In this document: positions 42,345 to 52,816 of the stretch, in pieces
How the letters are laid out: each line of letters starts with the position of its first letter
Numbering within the stretch: position 1 is the first letter of the stretch
Assembly: GCA_963768225.1 (NCBI GenBank)
Contig: CAVYGV010000005.1
Span: 347,184 to 411,183, forward strand
From: an uncultured Alphaproteobacteria bacterium
GTDB taxonomy: Bacteria; Pseudomonadota; Alphaproteobacteria; Rhizobiales; Xanthobacteraceae
Direction: 5' to 3'
DNA: 64,000 nucleotides
Made by a program: the position numbers and the translations under genes
The notes under the pieces: generated by a model
The model's input: only the letters and a program-made list of their open reading frames with translations
The model's database searches: none
Told to the model about the DNA's origin: nothing

Positions 42345-43372
42345 AACGGCTGCGCGTCCTGCTGCTTGTTCACCCGGATCTGATTCCTCCGGAGTCGAGC
42401 AAGGGCTATAGCGAGCAGGAAATCAACGTTTGGAAAACCGAATACGATGTGGTGACGACGCTGCGCGCCGCCGGCCACGAAGTGCGCCCGCTCGGCGTCC
42501 ACGATGAACTAAAGCCGATCCGCGACGATATCGACGCTTGGAAGCCGGACGTGGTGTTCACGCTGCTCGAGCAGTTTCGCGGCGAGGCGATCTACGACCA
42601 GAATGTCGTGAGCTATCTCGAACTGATGCACGTGCCCTATACCGGCTGCAATCCGCGCGGCTTGATGCTAGCGCGCGGCAAAGACCTGTCCAAGACGCTG
42701 GTGCATTATCACCGCATTCCGGTGCCGGCCTTTGCCGTGTTTCCGAAAGGCCGCAAGATCAAGCGCCCGCCCCGGCTGGTTTTGCCGCTCATTGTCAAAA
42801 GCATCAACGAAGACGCGTCATACGGCATTTCGCAGGCTTCCGTCGTCGATTCCGACGAAAAACTGGTCGAACGCGTCACCTTCATCCATGAGCGGATCGG
42901 CACCGCCGCCATCGCCGAGCAATATATCGAGGGGCGCGAAATCTATGTCGGCGTTTTCGGCAACGAGCGGCTGCAAGTCTTGCCGGTCTGGGAGCTGACG
43001 TTTCAGAATATGGCGGAGGGCGACTGGCACATAGCCACCGAAAAGGTCAAGCACGATCCCGACTATCAGGAACGGCGCGGCATCCGTCACGGACCGGCCA
43101 AAGATCTTACGCCGGAGCTGAATGCGCGCATTCAGCGCATGGCGAAACGAATTTACCGCACGCTGGAGCTTGACGGCTACGCGCGCATCGATTTCCGTCT
43201 CGCCGCCGACGGTACGCCGTATTTCCTGGAAGCCAATCCCAATCCCGAGATCGCCGAGAGCCAGGAATTCGCGACGGCGGCAAAGCACGTCGGCATCGAA
43301 TATCCAGATTTGCTGCAGCGCATTGTGACGCTGGGAATAAGACGCGGCTCGGCGCTCGCCGCCGTGGAGTAA
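42341..43372 (+). CDS. ATP-grasp enzyme, D-alanine--D-alanine ligase family
   Basis: ATP-grasp fold pattern (LIVKSINEDASYGIS, EQYIEGREIYVGV, YARIDFRL..YFLEANPNP). Confidence 0.8.
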   Translation: MKRLRVLLLVHPDLIPPESSKGYSEQEINVWKTEYDVVTTLRAAGHEVRPLGVHDELKPIRDDIDAWKPDVVFTLLEQFRGEAIYDQNVVSYLELMHVPYTGCNPRGLMLARGKDLSKTLVHYHRIPVPAFAVFPKGRKIKRPPRLVLPLIVKSINEDASYGISQASVVDSDEKLVERVTFIHERIGTAAIAEQYIEGREIYVGVFGNERLQVLPVWELTFQNMAEGDWHIATEKVKHDPDYQERRGIRHGPAKDLTPELNARIQRMAKRIYRTLELDGYARIDFRLAADGTPYFLEANPNPEIAESQEFATAAKHVGIEYPDLLQRIVTLGIRRGSALAAVE

Positions 43373-43399
43373 AGCAGGGATTGTGGACCTGGCCGCCTG

Positions 43400-44446
43400 T
43401 TATGCGCGGGTGCGCTTTCCGCCGCTTTCGGGGCCATGACGCGCGGCCTCGTGCTCGCCCGCGCGGCGCCCATGGGCAGCGCGTTGCGCTTCGTGACGCT
43501 CATGCCTGCCGCGGCGGTCTTTGCGCTCGGCGGCACGACGATGCCCGCGGTGCAGCCTGGCCGGAGCATCAGCCGCCTCCTTTTCAAGCTTGGCCTCGCC
43601 CGCTTTGGCTTGTTCCAGCTTGACCTGCTCGAGCTTGGCTTGCTGCAATTGCACCTGCTCGGATTGCGTCTGTTCCACGCTGGCGAAGGCCGGCAGGGCC
43701 CGGCACGGCAACGGCCGCGCAAAGGCGAGCGCGTCGTCATTCACCGCCATCCTCCGCCAATCGTCGACTGAGAGGCCAGTGACGCTGATGACGTAACCGC
43801 GTGTCTCGCGCGGCAGGTTATTGCGATGTTGCAGCCATTCGGCGACACGGTGCGCGCCGGCATTGTAAGCGGCGGCGACAAAGCCGAGATTGCCGAATTC
43901 CAGGCGCAGCTCGCGTAACAAGCGGGCCGAAGCCGGGATCGCTTGCATCGGGTCAAACGGATTGTCGAGCCCGGTTTCAGCGGCTGTTTCCGGCATGAAT
44001 TGCGCAATGCCCTGTGCGCCTTTCCTGCTTATATCGTCGGCGCGCAGCCGACTCTCCTGCCAGATCAGATTGGCAAAGAACGCAATGGGCAGATCGTTGT
44101 CCTGGGCCGAGGTGTAAAGCGCATTACAGAGGTCGTTGAGCGACAGGTCGCCAGCGTGACTGAGCGCGGCATTTTCATCCATGCCTTCGTCGGCAGTGGC
44201 GCCAGTCCCCGGGCTTGCAAGGGCGGTTGCCCGCTTGATGATTTCGACGGCCGTTGCATGCGGCTGCAAAGATGCGACCGCGAGCCGATCGGTTCTACCG
44301 GTCGATGATTCGATTTCGATCAGCGACGAGCGCCAGTCGACGCCTGGGGCGTGGAGATAATCGTTGATGTAAGACGAATAGTCCGGTTCCGGCGCGGCGC
44401 TGGAGAGTGCGAGCAACACAATCGCGAATGCCAGGATCGACCGCAT
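43400..44446 (-). CDS. Lytic transglycosylase (SLT domain) protein with basic/His-rich C-terminal tail
   Basis: Signal peptide. IWQESRL..GAQGIAQFMPETA..AAYNAG SLT motifs. A repetitive (L/V)EQ(A/V)K segment precedes the tail. Confidence 0.8.
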   Translation of the reverse strand: MRSILAFAIVLLALSSAAPEPDYSSYINDYLHAPGVDWRSSLIEIESSTGRTDRLAVASLQPHATAVEIIKRATALASPGTGATADEGMDENAALSHAGDLSLNDLCNALYTSAQDNDLPIAFFANLIWQESRLRADDISRKGAQGIAQFMPETAAETGLDNPFDPMQAIPASARLLRELRLEFGNLGFVAAAYNAGAHRVAEWLQHRNNLPRETRGYVISVTGLSVDDWRRMAVNDDALAFARPLPCRALPAFASVEQTQSEQVQLQQAKLEQVKLEQAKAGEAKLEKEAADAPARLHRGHRRAAERKDRRGRHERHEAQRAAHGRRAGEHEAARHGPESGGKRTRA

Positions 44447-44782
44447 GCCCGTTCCCCGCAGAACGTCTGGTCACGGCGCGCGACCCGCCGTTCCAGATTG
44501 ATTAATGAAGGTTTTTCCCTCACTCCGGGTCGCTCATGCAGGTGCAAGCGGGCGGCTTTTGGGACGGATTGTGAGCCATTCAAGGCGAATTACGGCGGCG
44601 CTACCCGCGCCGGAACCGCCGGTCCCCAGCCTTCTTGCGCCGTCGTCGCGGAAAGCGGATATTTGTTACGGTCGAAACTAATTTCACATGGGGTCGTTGC
44701 GAGCGGAGCGAAGCAAACCGGTGCGTGACGCGAACTCCTGATTGTCCGTCGCCATGCCGGCAGGGTGCTTTGGAGGTTGACG

Positions 44783-46126
44783 ATGAATCAAGAAACCAAG
44801 CTCCGCAACGCGGGGACCAAAGCCGCGCCCACGGACTCAACGCTTCAGTACCAATCGGGCTTTGGCAATCATTTTGTCTCTGAGGCCGTGCCCGGCGCGT
44901 TGCCGGTTGGACGCAATTCGCCGCAACGCCCGCCGCATGGGCTCTATGCCGAGCTCATATCCGGAACCTCGTTCACGACGCCGCGCAGCGAAAACCGCCG
45001 CACCTGGACCTACCGCATTCAACCGTCGGTCGTGCATCGGCCCTACGCGCGCATCGACAATGGGCTCATCCGAAGCGCGCCGTTTGACGACGTTGAGGCA
45101 ACGCCGACGCAATTGCGCTGGAGCCCGATTCCGATTCCGCAACAAGCGACCGACTTCGTCGAAGGCATCGTTACGCTTGGCGGCAACGGCGACGTGGCGA
45201 CGCAGGTCGGCATGGCGATCCACATCTATTCCGCCAACCGGTCGATGACCGACCGCTGTTTCTACAATGCCGACGGCGAAATGCTGATCGTGCCGCAGCA
45301 GGGCCGCGCCCGCTTCGTCACCGAGCTCGGCGTGATCGAGACGGCGCCGGGCGAGATCGTCGTTATTCCGCGCGGCTTGCGCTTTCGCGTCGAACTGCCC
45401 GATGGACCGTCGCGCGGCTATATCTGCGAGAATTACGGACAACCGCTGCGGCTGCCGGAGCTCGGCCCGCTCGGCTCCAACGGGCTTGCCAATGTGCGCG
45501 ACTTTTTAAGTCCGGTCGCCGCCTTCGAAGACGCCGCGGCGCCCTGCGTCATGGCGGCGAAATTCCAAGGCAATCTGTGGGCGGCGGAGATGGATCATTC
45601 GCCGCTCAACGTCGTCGCCTGGCACGGCAATTTCGCCCCCTACAAATATGAGCTGGCGCGTTTCATGGTCGTCGGCACGGTGAGCTTCGACCATCCCGAT
45701 CCATCGATCTACAGCGTATTGACCGCGCCGTCGGACGTGCCCGGCACCGCCAATATCGATTTCGTCATCTTTCCGCCGCGCTGGCTGGTCGGCGAGGATA
45801 CGTTCCGGCCACCATGGTATCACCGCAACGTCATGACCGAGTTCATGGGGCTGCTCCACGGCGCCTACGACGCCAAGGCCGAAGGCTTCCTCCCCGGCGG
45901 CGCTAGCCTGCACAATTGCATGACGGCGCACGGCCCGGATGCCGAGACCTGGTTGCGCGCAACGCGCGCGGAACTCAAGCCGCACAAGCTCGAAGATACG
46001 ATGGCGTTCATGTTCGAGAGCCGCTATGCCATGCGGCTCACCCGCTATGCGATCGAGTCGTCGGAACTGCAGCACGACTACTTCGAAGGCTGGCAGGGAC
46101 TGGAGAAGAACTTTAAGGGTAGGTAA
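44783..46126 (+). CDS. hmgA: Homogentisate 1,2-dioxygenase
   Basis: [21 protein letters not shown] start region. Full-length HmgA pattern. ATG at 44783 after GGAGG. Confidence 0.95.
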   Translation: MNQETKLRNAGTKAAPTDSTLQYQSGFGNHFVSEAVPGALPVGRNSPQRPPHGLYAELISGTSFTTPRSENRRTWTYRIQPSVVHRPYARIDNGLIRSAPFDDVEATPTQLRWSPIPIPQQATDFVEGIVTLGGNGDVATQVGMAIHIYSANRSMTDRCFYNADGEMLIVPQQGRARFVTELGVIETAPGEIVVIPRGLRFRVELPDGPSRGYICENYGQPLRLPELGPLGSNGLANVRDFLSPVAAFEDAAAPCVMAAKFQGNLWAAEMDHSPLNVVAWHGNFAPYKYELARFMVVGTVSFDHPDPSIYSVLTAPSDVPGTANIDFVIFPPRWLVGEDTFRPPWYHRNVMTEFMGLLHGAYDAKAEGFLPGGASLHNCMTAHGPDAETWLRATRAELKPHKLEDTMAFMFESRYAMRLTRYAIESSELQHDYFEGWQGLEKNFKGR

Positions 46127-46166
46127 CGACTCCGGTTGCTGCACTTACAATCCGAAGGATTCACCA

Positions 46167-47162
46167 GTGAAGAAAAACGGAATCAAGTTCTTGCCCGGGG
46201 CATGTCTCGCGCTGGCGCTCAGTGTCGTCGGCACCGCGGCCTACGCTCAGAACGCGGCGCAGAGTTATCCGACGCGGCCGATCACCGCCATCATTCCGTT
46301 TGCCGGTGGCAGCGCCAGCGACGTCGTCAGCCGCATCCTGTTCGATAAAATGTCGAAGCTGTTGGGCCAGCCCATCGTGGTCGAGAACAAGCCGGGCGCC
46401 GGCGGCAATATCGGCACCGCCGATGTCGCCCGCGCCGCGCCGGACGGCTACACCATCCTTGGCGGCGGCTCGGGCCCGGTCGCGGCTAACGTGACGCTGT
46501 ACAAACAGCTCGATTACGATCCACAAAAAGATTTCGAGACGGTTTCGCCGTTCGCGTCTTTTACGATCGTGGTGGTCGCCAGCACCAAACTGCCGGTCGA
46601 CAGCCTGCAAGAGCTGATCAGCTACGGCAAGGCGCACCCGGGACTCAATTTCGGATCGGTCGGCATCGGCAGCTCGCAGCATCTGGCCGGCGAATATTTC
46701 AGCGAGCTGACCGGCGTGAAGCTCACCCACGTGCCTTACCGCAACATCGGGCAATACGCGCCGGATCTGATGTCGGGCCAGGTGCCGCTCGGCTTTCAGT
46801 GGTACCCGAACGTCGCCGCGCCGCTGCAGGCCAAGGGCGCCAAGGCGGTCGCTGTCGCCGGCGCTAACCGGCTGGATATTTTGCCCGACACTCCGACGAC
46901 GAAAGAAGCCGGGCTGCCGCAATATCAGGTGTCCGGCTGGTTTGCGCTCCTTGCGCCGAAAGGCACGCCGGCGGCGATCGTGGCCAAGCTGAACGGCGCG
47001 CTCAAAGAGGCGGTTGCCGATCCGCAAGTCCGCGCCGGCTTCCAGCGGCAAGGCGCGGAGACGATGTATCTGCCGTCCGATGAAGCCCCGAAATTCATCG
47101 CGGATGAGATCAAAAAATATCACGACATCATCGTCAACGCGCATATCGCGCAGATCGAGTAG
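46167..47162 (+). CDS. Tripartite tricarboxylate transporter substrate-binding protein (Bug/TctC family)
   Basis: GTG at 46167 gives the signal peptide VKKNGIKFLPGACLALALSVVGTAAYAQ. YPTRPITAIIPFAGGSASD is the Bug signature. Confidence 0.85.
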   Translation: MKKNGIKFLPGACLALALSVVGTAAYAQNAAQSYPTRPITAIIPFAGGSASDVVSRILFDKMSKLLGQPIVVENKPGAGGNIGTADVARAAPDGYTILGGGSGPVAANVTLYKQLDYDPQKDFETVSPFASFTIVVVASTKLPVDSLQELISYGKAHPGLNFGSVGIGSSQHLAGEYFSELTGVKLTHVPYRNIGQYAPDLMSGQVPLGFQWYPNVAAPLQAKGAKAVAVAGANRLDILPDTPTTKEAGLPQYQVSGWFALLAPKGTPAAIVAKLNGALKEAVADPQVRAGFQRQGAETMYLPSDEAPKFIADEIKKYHDIIVNAHIAQIE

Positions 47163-47419
47163 CCCAGCTCGCCAGTCCTGCGGGTGGCGATAGAGAAATT
47201 ACGCCTCTAGCGCGCTGCCGCGGCCGGTGCCGAGCCCTTTCATGAAGCGGTTACGAATGAGCGCCGGATCGCGCGGCTCGTTGTGCCGGTGATTTGATAG
47301 ACGCGGTTATCCGTGGCGTTAATGACAACAGACTGCGTCAACGGATAGGCTTAAGGACGATCCGCCGGCAGCGGGCGCCGCCGCAACAAAAAGTGCAGTC
47401 CCTGTAACGGGAGGAAATC

Positions 47420-48400
47420 TTGACCAAGTTGATGGCCGTGATTGCAGCACTCGTGACGATCGTCGCCTTCGGGACCTCCCGCGGGAGCGCCACGAACGAT
47501 TACCCGAACCGGCCGATCGTCCTTGTCATTCCGCTGCCGCCGGGCGGCACCAACGACATCATGGCGCGCGCGGTGTCCGACAAGATGAGCGCCGTGCTCG
47601 GCCAGCGGGTTGTCGTCGAGGACCGTAATGCCGGAGGCAGCGGCACGGTCGGCACCCGGGAAGTCGCGCACGCCGCGCCCGATGGTTACACGATCATTCT
47701 CGGCTATACATCGACGCTCGCCACCGGGCCGCATATCTATAAGAATGTCGGCTACGACCCGCGCAAGGATTTTGCGCCGATCGGGCTGATCGCGTCGGCG
47801 CCGGCGCTGCTCCTGGTTTACAAAGACCTGCCGGTGCACAATGTCGGCGAACTGATCGCGCTGATGAAGAGCTCCAAAGAGCCCTATCAGGTCGCGACGC
47901 CGGGAGCCGGCACCGTCAACTACCTTGCTTCGGTGTTGTTCGCCGAGCAGGCCGGGGTGAAGGTCGAACAAATCATCGAGAAAGGCTCCCAGCCGCTGAT
48001 CACCGATATGATGGGCGGCTTCGTCAAGGTCGGCTTCAATCCGATCCCGGTGTCGCGGGCCGGGCTCGACGGCGGCTATATCCGCGCGCTGGCGGTGACC
48101 TCCGCCGGGCATTCGACGCTGATGCCGAATCTGCCGACGCTTGCCGAATCCGGCCTGCCGGGTTTTGACGCGACGCTGTCCTACGGGCTCCTCGCGCCCG
48201 CCGACACGCCGGCGCCGATCGTGCAGCGGCTGAACAAGGCGCTGAATATAGCGCTGGCCGATGACGCCGTGCGCAAGCGCATCATCAATGAAGGCGCCGA
48301 GCCGGAGCCGGGCACTCCCGAGCAGCAAGCCGCCGTTATCGACCACGAGGAGACTAAGTGGGCGGCAGTTATTCGCGCCGCAGGTATAGAGCCGAAGTGA
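47420..48400 (+). CDS. Tripartite tricarboxylate transporter substrate-binding protein (Bug/TctC family), paralog
   Basis: Signal peptide. YPNRPIVLVIPLPPGGTNDIMAR. GGGAGGA upstream of the TTG start. Confidence 0.85.
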   Translation: MTKLMAVIAALVTIVAFGTSRGSATNDYPNRPIVLVIPLPPGGTNDIMARAVSDKMSAVLGQRVVVEDRNAGGSGTVGTREVAHAAPDGYTIILGYTSTLATGPHIYKNVGYDPRKDFAPIGLIASAPALLLVYKDLPVHNVGELIALMKSSKEPYQVATPGAGTVNYLASVLFAEQAGVKVEQIIEKGSQPLITDMMGGFVKVGFNPIPVSRAGLDGGYIRALAVTSAGHSTLMPNLPTLAESGLPGFDATLSYGLLAPADTPAPIVQRLNKALNIALADDAVRKRIINEGAEPEPGTPEQQAAVIDHEETKWAAVIRAAGIEPK

Positions 48401-48419
48401 GGAAAGCGGAACACGCGCT

Positions 48420-49586
48420 ATGAACTTCGAATTCACGCCGGAGCAGACGCAGTTCGCCGATACGGTGCGCCGTTTCGCGCGCGCGCATCTCGCGGCTGGC
48501 GCGCTCGAGCGCGCGCACGATCCGCGCTTTCCCTTCGACGTCGCACAGCTCATGGCCGAACAAGGCCTGATGGGAATAGCACTGCCGGAGCGCGACGGCG
48601 GGCAGGGCGGCAGCCTGATGGATGCCGTAATCGCCATCGAACAGGTCGCGGCCGTTTGCCCGCGCAGCGCCGACGTGGTGCAATTCGGCAATTTCGGCCC
48701 GATCCGCACCTTTGCCGAATATGGCACGCCGGCGCAGAAAGCGCGCTGGCTCGGCGAGCTTCTTGCCGGCCGCATGGTGATGTCGCTCGGCATGACCGAG
48801 CCGGACGCCGGCTCGGCGCTGACGGATCTGAAGACCAGCGCCCGGGCGGATGGCTCGTCCTACATCGTCAACGGCGGCAAGGTGTTTTCGACGTTCAGCC
48901 CCGACGCGCAGATTTTTCTAATTTATGTCCGTTTCGGTCCCGGCCTCTCCGGTATCGGTTCCGTAATCGTCGAGCGCGGCGCGCCCGGATTTTCTATCGG
49001 CGCGCCGTCGGTATTCATGAGCGGCGAGGAATGGTGCGAACTTCATTTCAACGACTGCCGCGTCCCGGCCGAGAACGTGCTGCTCGGGCCCGGCGGTTTT
49101 AAGAAGCAAATGGCCGGCTTCAATGTCGAGCGCCTCGGCAACACGGCGCGCTCGCTTGCCTGTGGCCGCTACGCCTTCAACGCGGCACGGGACTACGCGG
49201 CGACCCGTGAGCAATTCGGCCGGCCGCTGTGCGAGTTCCAGGGTCTGCAATGGAAGTTTGCCGATATGGCGATCAAGCTCGACGGCGCGCAATTACTGCT
49301 CTACCGCGCCGCCGCCAATGCCGACCGCGGTCTGCCGTCGGCCTATGAAACCGCGGTCGCCAAGGCGGCCTGCAATCAGACAGGCTTCGAAGTGGCAAGC
49401 GAAGCGGTGCAGATCATGGGCGCGCTGGGTTACAGCCGCGAGACCCTGGTCGAATATTGCATGCGGCGCACGCGCGGCTGGATGATCGCCGGCGGCTCGA
49501 TCGAAATCTTGAAGAACCGCATCGCCGAGCACGTGTTCGACCGCCGTTTTGACCAGCGCAAGCGGCCGCCGGCCGCGGCAGAGTGA
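48420..49586 (+). CDS. Acyl-CoA dehydrogenase
   Basis: Typical ACAD layout (GMTEPDAGS, FNVERLGN, C-terminal IAGGSIEILKNRIA). Confidence 0.9.
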   Translation: MNFEFTPEQTQFADTVRRFARAHLAAGALERAHDPRFPFDVAQLMAEQGLMGIALPERDGGQGGSLMDAVIAIEQVAAVCPRSADVVQFGNFGPIRTFAEYGTPAQKARWLGELLAGRMVMSLGMTEPDAGSALTDLKTSARADGSSYIVNGGKVFSTFSPDAQIFLIYVRFGPGLSGIGSVIVERGAPGFSIGAPSVFMSGEEWCELHFNDCRVPAENVLLGPGGFKKQMAGFNVERLGNTARSLACGRYAFNAARDYAATREQFGRPLCEFQGLQWKFADMAIKLDGAQLLLYRAAANADRGLPSAYETAVAKAACNQTGFEVASEAVQIMGALGYSRETLVEYCMRRTRGWMIAGGSIEILKNRIAEHVFDRRFDQRKRPPAAAE

Positions 49587-49590
49587 AAGT

Positions 49591-50625
49591 TCATTTGCTC
49601 CGGCCGCGCGCGAAGGCGAACAGCAACCAGGCAACGAGCGCGCCACCGGCGCTCACAGCGATCATGTCGGTTTCACGCGACGGCACCATCACCGTCGCGA
49701 GCGCGAGCGCCGCAAGTCCGAGATTGGCGGCAAAGACCCGCGCCACCACGTCGATAACCGAGAAGCCGCGATCGATAGCGCGCTGATAAAAGTGCGAGCG
49801 ATGTGCTTGCCACACCGGCTCGCCATTGAACGCGCGGCGGACGAGCGTCGTGGTGCTGTCGGCGAGATAGTATAATGGCAGCAGCAGCGCCGCGGAGCGG
49901 CCGCCATTGCCGGCGAGCAATACCAGGAGCCAGCCGAGCACCAGCCCGATGGGGAGGCTGCCGACGTCGCCAAGAAAAAGCCTCGCGACCGGACGGTTGA
50001 AATAAGCAAAGCCGAGCATCGCGCCGCATAGCGCAAGGTCCACCGCAATTGCCGGCTGCGGCAGGATGCCGAACAGTCCGAGCAGCGCCAGCGCGGCGGT
50101 GACCGGAACGACTTCCGCCACGGTCATCCAGTCGAGGCCGTCCATGAAATTCACCAGATTGACGAACCAGACTCCGCCGATCACGAGCGCGCTGCGCTCG
50201 GCCGGCAACGGCAAAATAGGCGCGATGCGCGTTTGGGCCGGCAGAGCAAAGATGACCGCGGCGACCGCCAGCGTCTGTAGGAAGAGCCGCGAGCCGACGT
50301 TTTCCGGATGGAAGTCGGCGAGCACTCCCACGCAGGCAATCAGAACGGTGGCGGCGAATATAATCGGTAACCGAAGTGAGCTTGTCGCGCCGTCCGGCAA
50401 AAAATAAAACGCAGTATAGGAAACAACGATTGTCGCCGCGACGACCGCAATGCCGCCGCCCTGCGGCGTCGGTATTTCATGCGACGAACGCGCGTTAGGC
50501 TGCGCCATCGCGTAGCGGTTGAGCAGCGCGCGCAATATGACGATCAGCAGGGCGCTGCCGAGCGCTGCCGCCGCAAGAATTGCGGGCCCGCGCGTCACCC
50601 AGGAAGCCGTCAACTCCCCGCTCAT
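49591..50625 (-). CDS. Glycosyltransferase family 4 (WecA/MraY-like polyprenyl-phosphate sugar-1-phosphate transferase)
   Basis: Polytopic. The NLVNFMDGLDWM motif is typical of the family. Start taken at MSGELTASW (50625). Confidence 0.8.
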   Translation of the reverse strand: MSGELTASWVTRGPAILAAAALGSALLIVILRALLNRYAMAQPNARSSHEIPTPQGGGIAVVAATIVVSYTAFYFLPDGATSSLRLPIIFAATVLIACVGVLADFHPENVGSRLFLQTLAVAAVIFALPAQTRIAPILPLPAERSALVIGGVWFVNLVNFMDGLDWMTVAEVVPVTAALALLGLFGILPQPAIAVDLALCGAMLGFAYFNRPVARLFLGDVGSLPIGLVLGWLLVLLAGNGGRSAALLLPLYYLADSTTTLVRRAFNGEPVWQAHRSHFYQRAIDRGFSVIDVVARVFAANLGLAALALATVMVPSRETDMIAVSAGGALVAWLLFAFARGRSK

Positions 50626-50735
50626 CGGCGCAACCGATTTCGTATTTTCATGGCCGAAGCCTCTAGCATAAAAATCTTGCCGGACCGTGCAATTTCCGGG
50701 ATGTTGCAGCGCCCGAGAACCCGGAGAATTGCCGG

Positions 50736-51992
50736 ATGACAGCATTGGCCACGGCGGGTCGCTTCGATCGCGCGTTCTTCACGTTCCTCGCCGATTGGCT
50801 TGCCGTCGGCGTTGCGGTCGCGCTGCCATGGTCGACGAGCGTCACCGGGATTTTCATTGCGCTCTGGCTCGTGGCGGCACTGGCGACATTGCAACCGGCC
50901 GCGATCAAGCGCGAGCTGCTCACGCCGGCCGGCGGCCTTCCGGTATTATTATGGTGTCTTGGCGTTGTCGGCATGCTGTGGGCGAATACCGACTGGCATG
51001 CCCGCCTTACCGGCATCGAGAGCTTTCACCGCCTTTTGATGATTCCGTTGCTGCTCGCGCAATTCCGCCGCTCCGAACACGGCGGCTGGGTGGTTTACGG
51101 CTTTCTAATTTCATCAGCGATTGCGCTTCTCGTGTCATTCATACTCGTGCTGACGCCCGGCCTGACCTGGCGCGGCATTTATGTTGGCGTGCCAGCGCAT
51201 GACTACATTTATCAGGGCTCGGCGTTTCTGATCTGCGGATTTGGCGCACTCGGTTATGCGGCCCTCGAAATCAAAAGGCTTCATTGGCGGGCGGCGTCGG
51301 CGTTCATCGTTATCGGCGTGCTTTTTCTCGCCAATTTTGCCTTCGCCGAGATCAGCCGCATTTCTGCTGCAGTCGGTCCGGTACTGGCTGTTCTGCTTGG
51401 CTGGCGGATTTATCGCTGGAAGGGCGTGTTGGGCGCCGTCATTTTGGCCGCTGTGATGGGCGCTGCGGCCCTGTTCGTCTCTCCGAGTTTGCGCGCGCGT
51501 ATGAACCAATCGATCGAAGAAATTCAGGCCTATCGAGCCACGGATGCGGCAAATCCCATCGGAATGCACTCGGCTTTTCTAAAAGAGTCAATCGAGATTA
51601 TTGCGTCCGCTCCGGTGATCGGCCACGGCACTGGTTCGATACCCGAGCAATTCCGTAGAGTCACAGTTGGCCAATCCGGAGCGGCCGGGGTGGCCACGGT
51701 CAATCCCCACAACCAGACTTTCGCCGTGGCGATCCAACTTGGTTTGGTCGGCGCACTCGCGCTATGGGCGATGTGGCTTGCGCACCTCCTGTTGTTCCGC
51801 GACGAAGATATTGCCGCGTGGCTGGGCACGGTCGTTGTGATCGAAAATATCGTGTCCTCCACCGTGCATTCGCACCTGTTCGATTTCAACAATGGCTGGC
51901 TTTACGTTTTCAGTGTCGGGGTGCTGGGCGGCATGGTGCTGCAAAAGCCTGTCGCGTCCTCGGCGAAGCCGCCGCCACCGCCGGTCGCTTGA
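50736..51992 (+). CDS. O-antigen ligase / polymerase family (Wzy_C) membrane protein
   Basis: About 10 TM segments. Periplasmic loop GHGTGS..NPHNQTFAVAIQLGLVG is typical of Wzy_C. Confidence 0.75.
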   Translation: MTALATAGRFDRAFFTFLADWLAVGVAVALPWSTSVTGIFIALWLVAALATLQPAAIKRELLTPAGGLPVLLWCLGVVGMLWANTDWHARLTGIESFHRLLMIPLLLAQFRRSEHGGWVVYGFLISSAIALLVSFILVLTPGLTWRGIYVGVPAHDYIYQGSAFLICGFGALGYAALEIKRLHWRAASAFIVIGVLFLANFAFAEISRISAAVGPVLAVLLGWRIYRWKGVLGAVILAAVMGAAALFVSPSLRARMNQSIEEIQAYRATDAANPIGMHSAFLKESIEIIASAPVIGHGTGSIPEQFRRVTVGQSGAAGVATVNPHNQTFAVAIQLGLVGALALWAMWLAHLLLFRDEDIAAWLGTVVVIENIVSSTVHSHLFDFNNGWLYVFSVGVLGGMVLQKPVASSAKPPPPPVA

Positions 51993-52061
51993 TGTCAGCG
52001 ATCTGGTTCGCGCGATAAGACGCCGCCGTTGGCTCGTCAGTGTCGCGGTCAAAAACGATTT

Positions 52062-52706
52062 TCATGACCGTAGGATAGGTAACGTCATAGCGTCTGCAAT
52101 CGAGCGGGCGAAACGGACTTCGAATGTCGATGTGGCGAGGCCGGCAACGCGCGCACGCTCGGCCATGCCGTGGCCGGTGGCGACCTGCATGGCGCCGGCG
52201 AGGCCAGCGCGTTTTGCCGCCTCGACGTCGCTTGCTTTGTCGCCGACAAGCCACGACATCTTACGATCGATCGCGAGATCGGACGCCGCCCGCAACAGCA
52301 TACCTGGATTTGGCTTGCGGGCCGGATGGTCCGGATGGGCGAACCCATCGCGGCCCTCGGGATGATGCGCACAGGCATAGACGGCGTCCAGTCGCGCGCC
52401 TTCGGCCGCCAAGGCCGCGACAATCGCCTCTTGAACGCGCTTGAATTCGCTCCAGCCATAGTAGCCACGGCCGATGCCGGCTTGATTGGTCACCAGCACA
52501 ACCGGCATTCCGCGTTCGTTGCCGGCGGCAATCACTGCCGCGGCCCCGGGGATCATCGCGATGTCTTCGACCCGGCATAAGTATTCGGTATCCTCGACGA
52601 CGGCCCCGTCGCGATCCAAAAACAGCGCCGGACGGCCGGGCCGGGGCGTCGTTAACACTTCGCACCACACACCCTCGGCATTGAGTGGATAGTCTACAAG
52701 CGGCAT
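52062..52706 (-). CDS. gmhB: D-glycero-D-manno-heptose 1,7-bisphosphate phosphatase (HAD-IIIA)
   Basis: LFLDRDGAV (DxD). TNQAGIGRGYY. KPNPGML. VGDKASD. Confidence 0.8.
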   Translation of the reverse strand: MPLVDYPLNAEGVWCEVLTTPRPGRPALFLDRDGAVVEDTEYLCRVEDIAMIPGAAAVIAAGNERGMPVVLVTNQAGIGRGYYGWSEFKRVQEAIVAALAAEGARLDAVYACAHHPEGRDGFAHPDHPARKPNPGMLLRAASDLAIDRKMSWLVGDKASDVEAAKRAGLAGAMQVATGHGMAERARVAGLATSTFEVRFARSIADAMTLPILRS

Positions 52707-52781
52707 CGGTCGGATCTTTCTTCGCATCGTGCGCCGATAGGCTTTCATAGCACGATAAAATTATGTTAGGTCCACAGACAC

Positions 52782-52815
52782 CTTGAAACGGCAAAGCACT
52801 TGAAACGACAAAGCA
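52782..52815. repeat. 17-bp perfect-register tandem repeat x2 immediately upstream of the gmhA start
   Basis: CTTGAAACGGCAAAGCA followed by CTTGAAACGACAAAGCA, with the ATG at 52817. Confidence 0.8.
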
Positions 52816-52816
52816 C

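Noticed and set aside
43560-43690. Repetitive CTTGGC..CTGCTC units, considered as a non-coding tandem repeat
   Set aside because: They lie in frame inside the SLT-domain gene (minus strand) and encode the (L/V)EQ(A/V)K repeats of its C-terminal region.
45939-46166. N-terminal 76-aa extension of the first Bug-family ORF overlapping the end of hmgA
   Set aside because: The extension is an out-of-frame reading of hmgA. A GTG at 46167 gives a proper signal peptide immediately before the Bug signature.
47351-48793. 480-aa minus-strand ORF antisense to the second Bug gene and the start of the acyl-CoA dehydrogenase
   Set aside because: It spans two well-supported plus-strand genes and their intergenic gap. 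Arg-rich composition with no recognisable domain.
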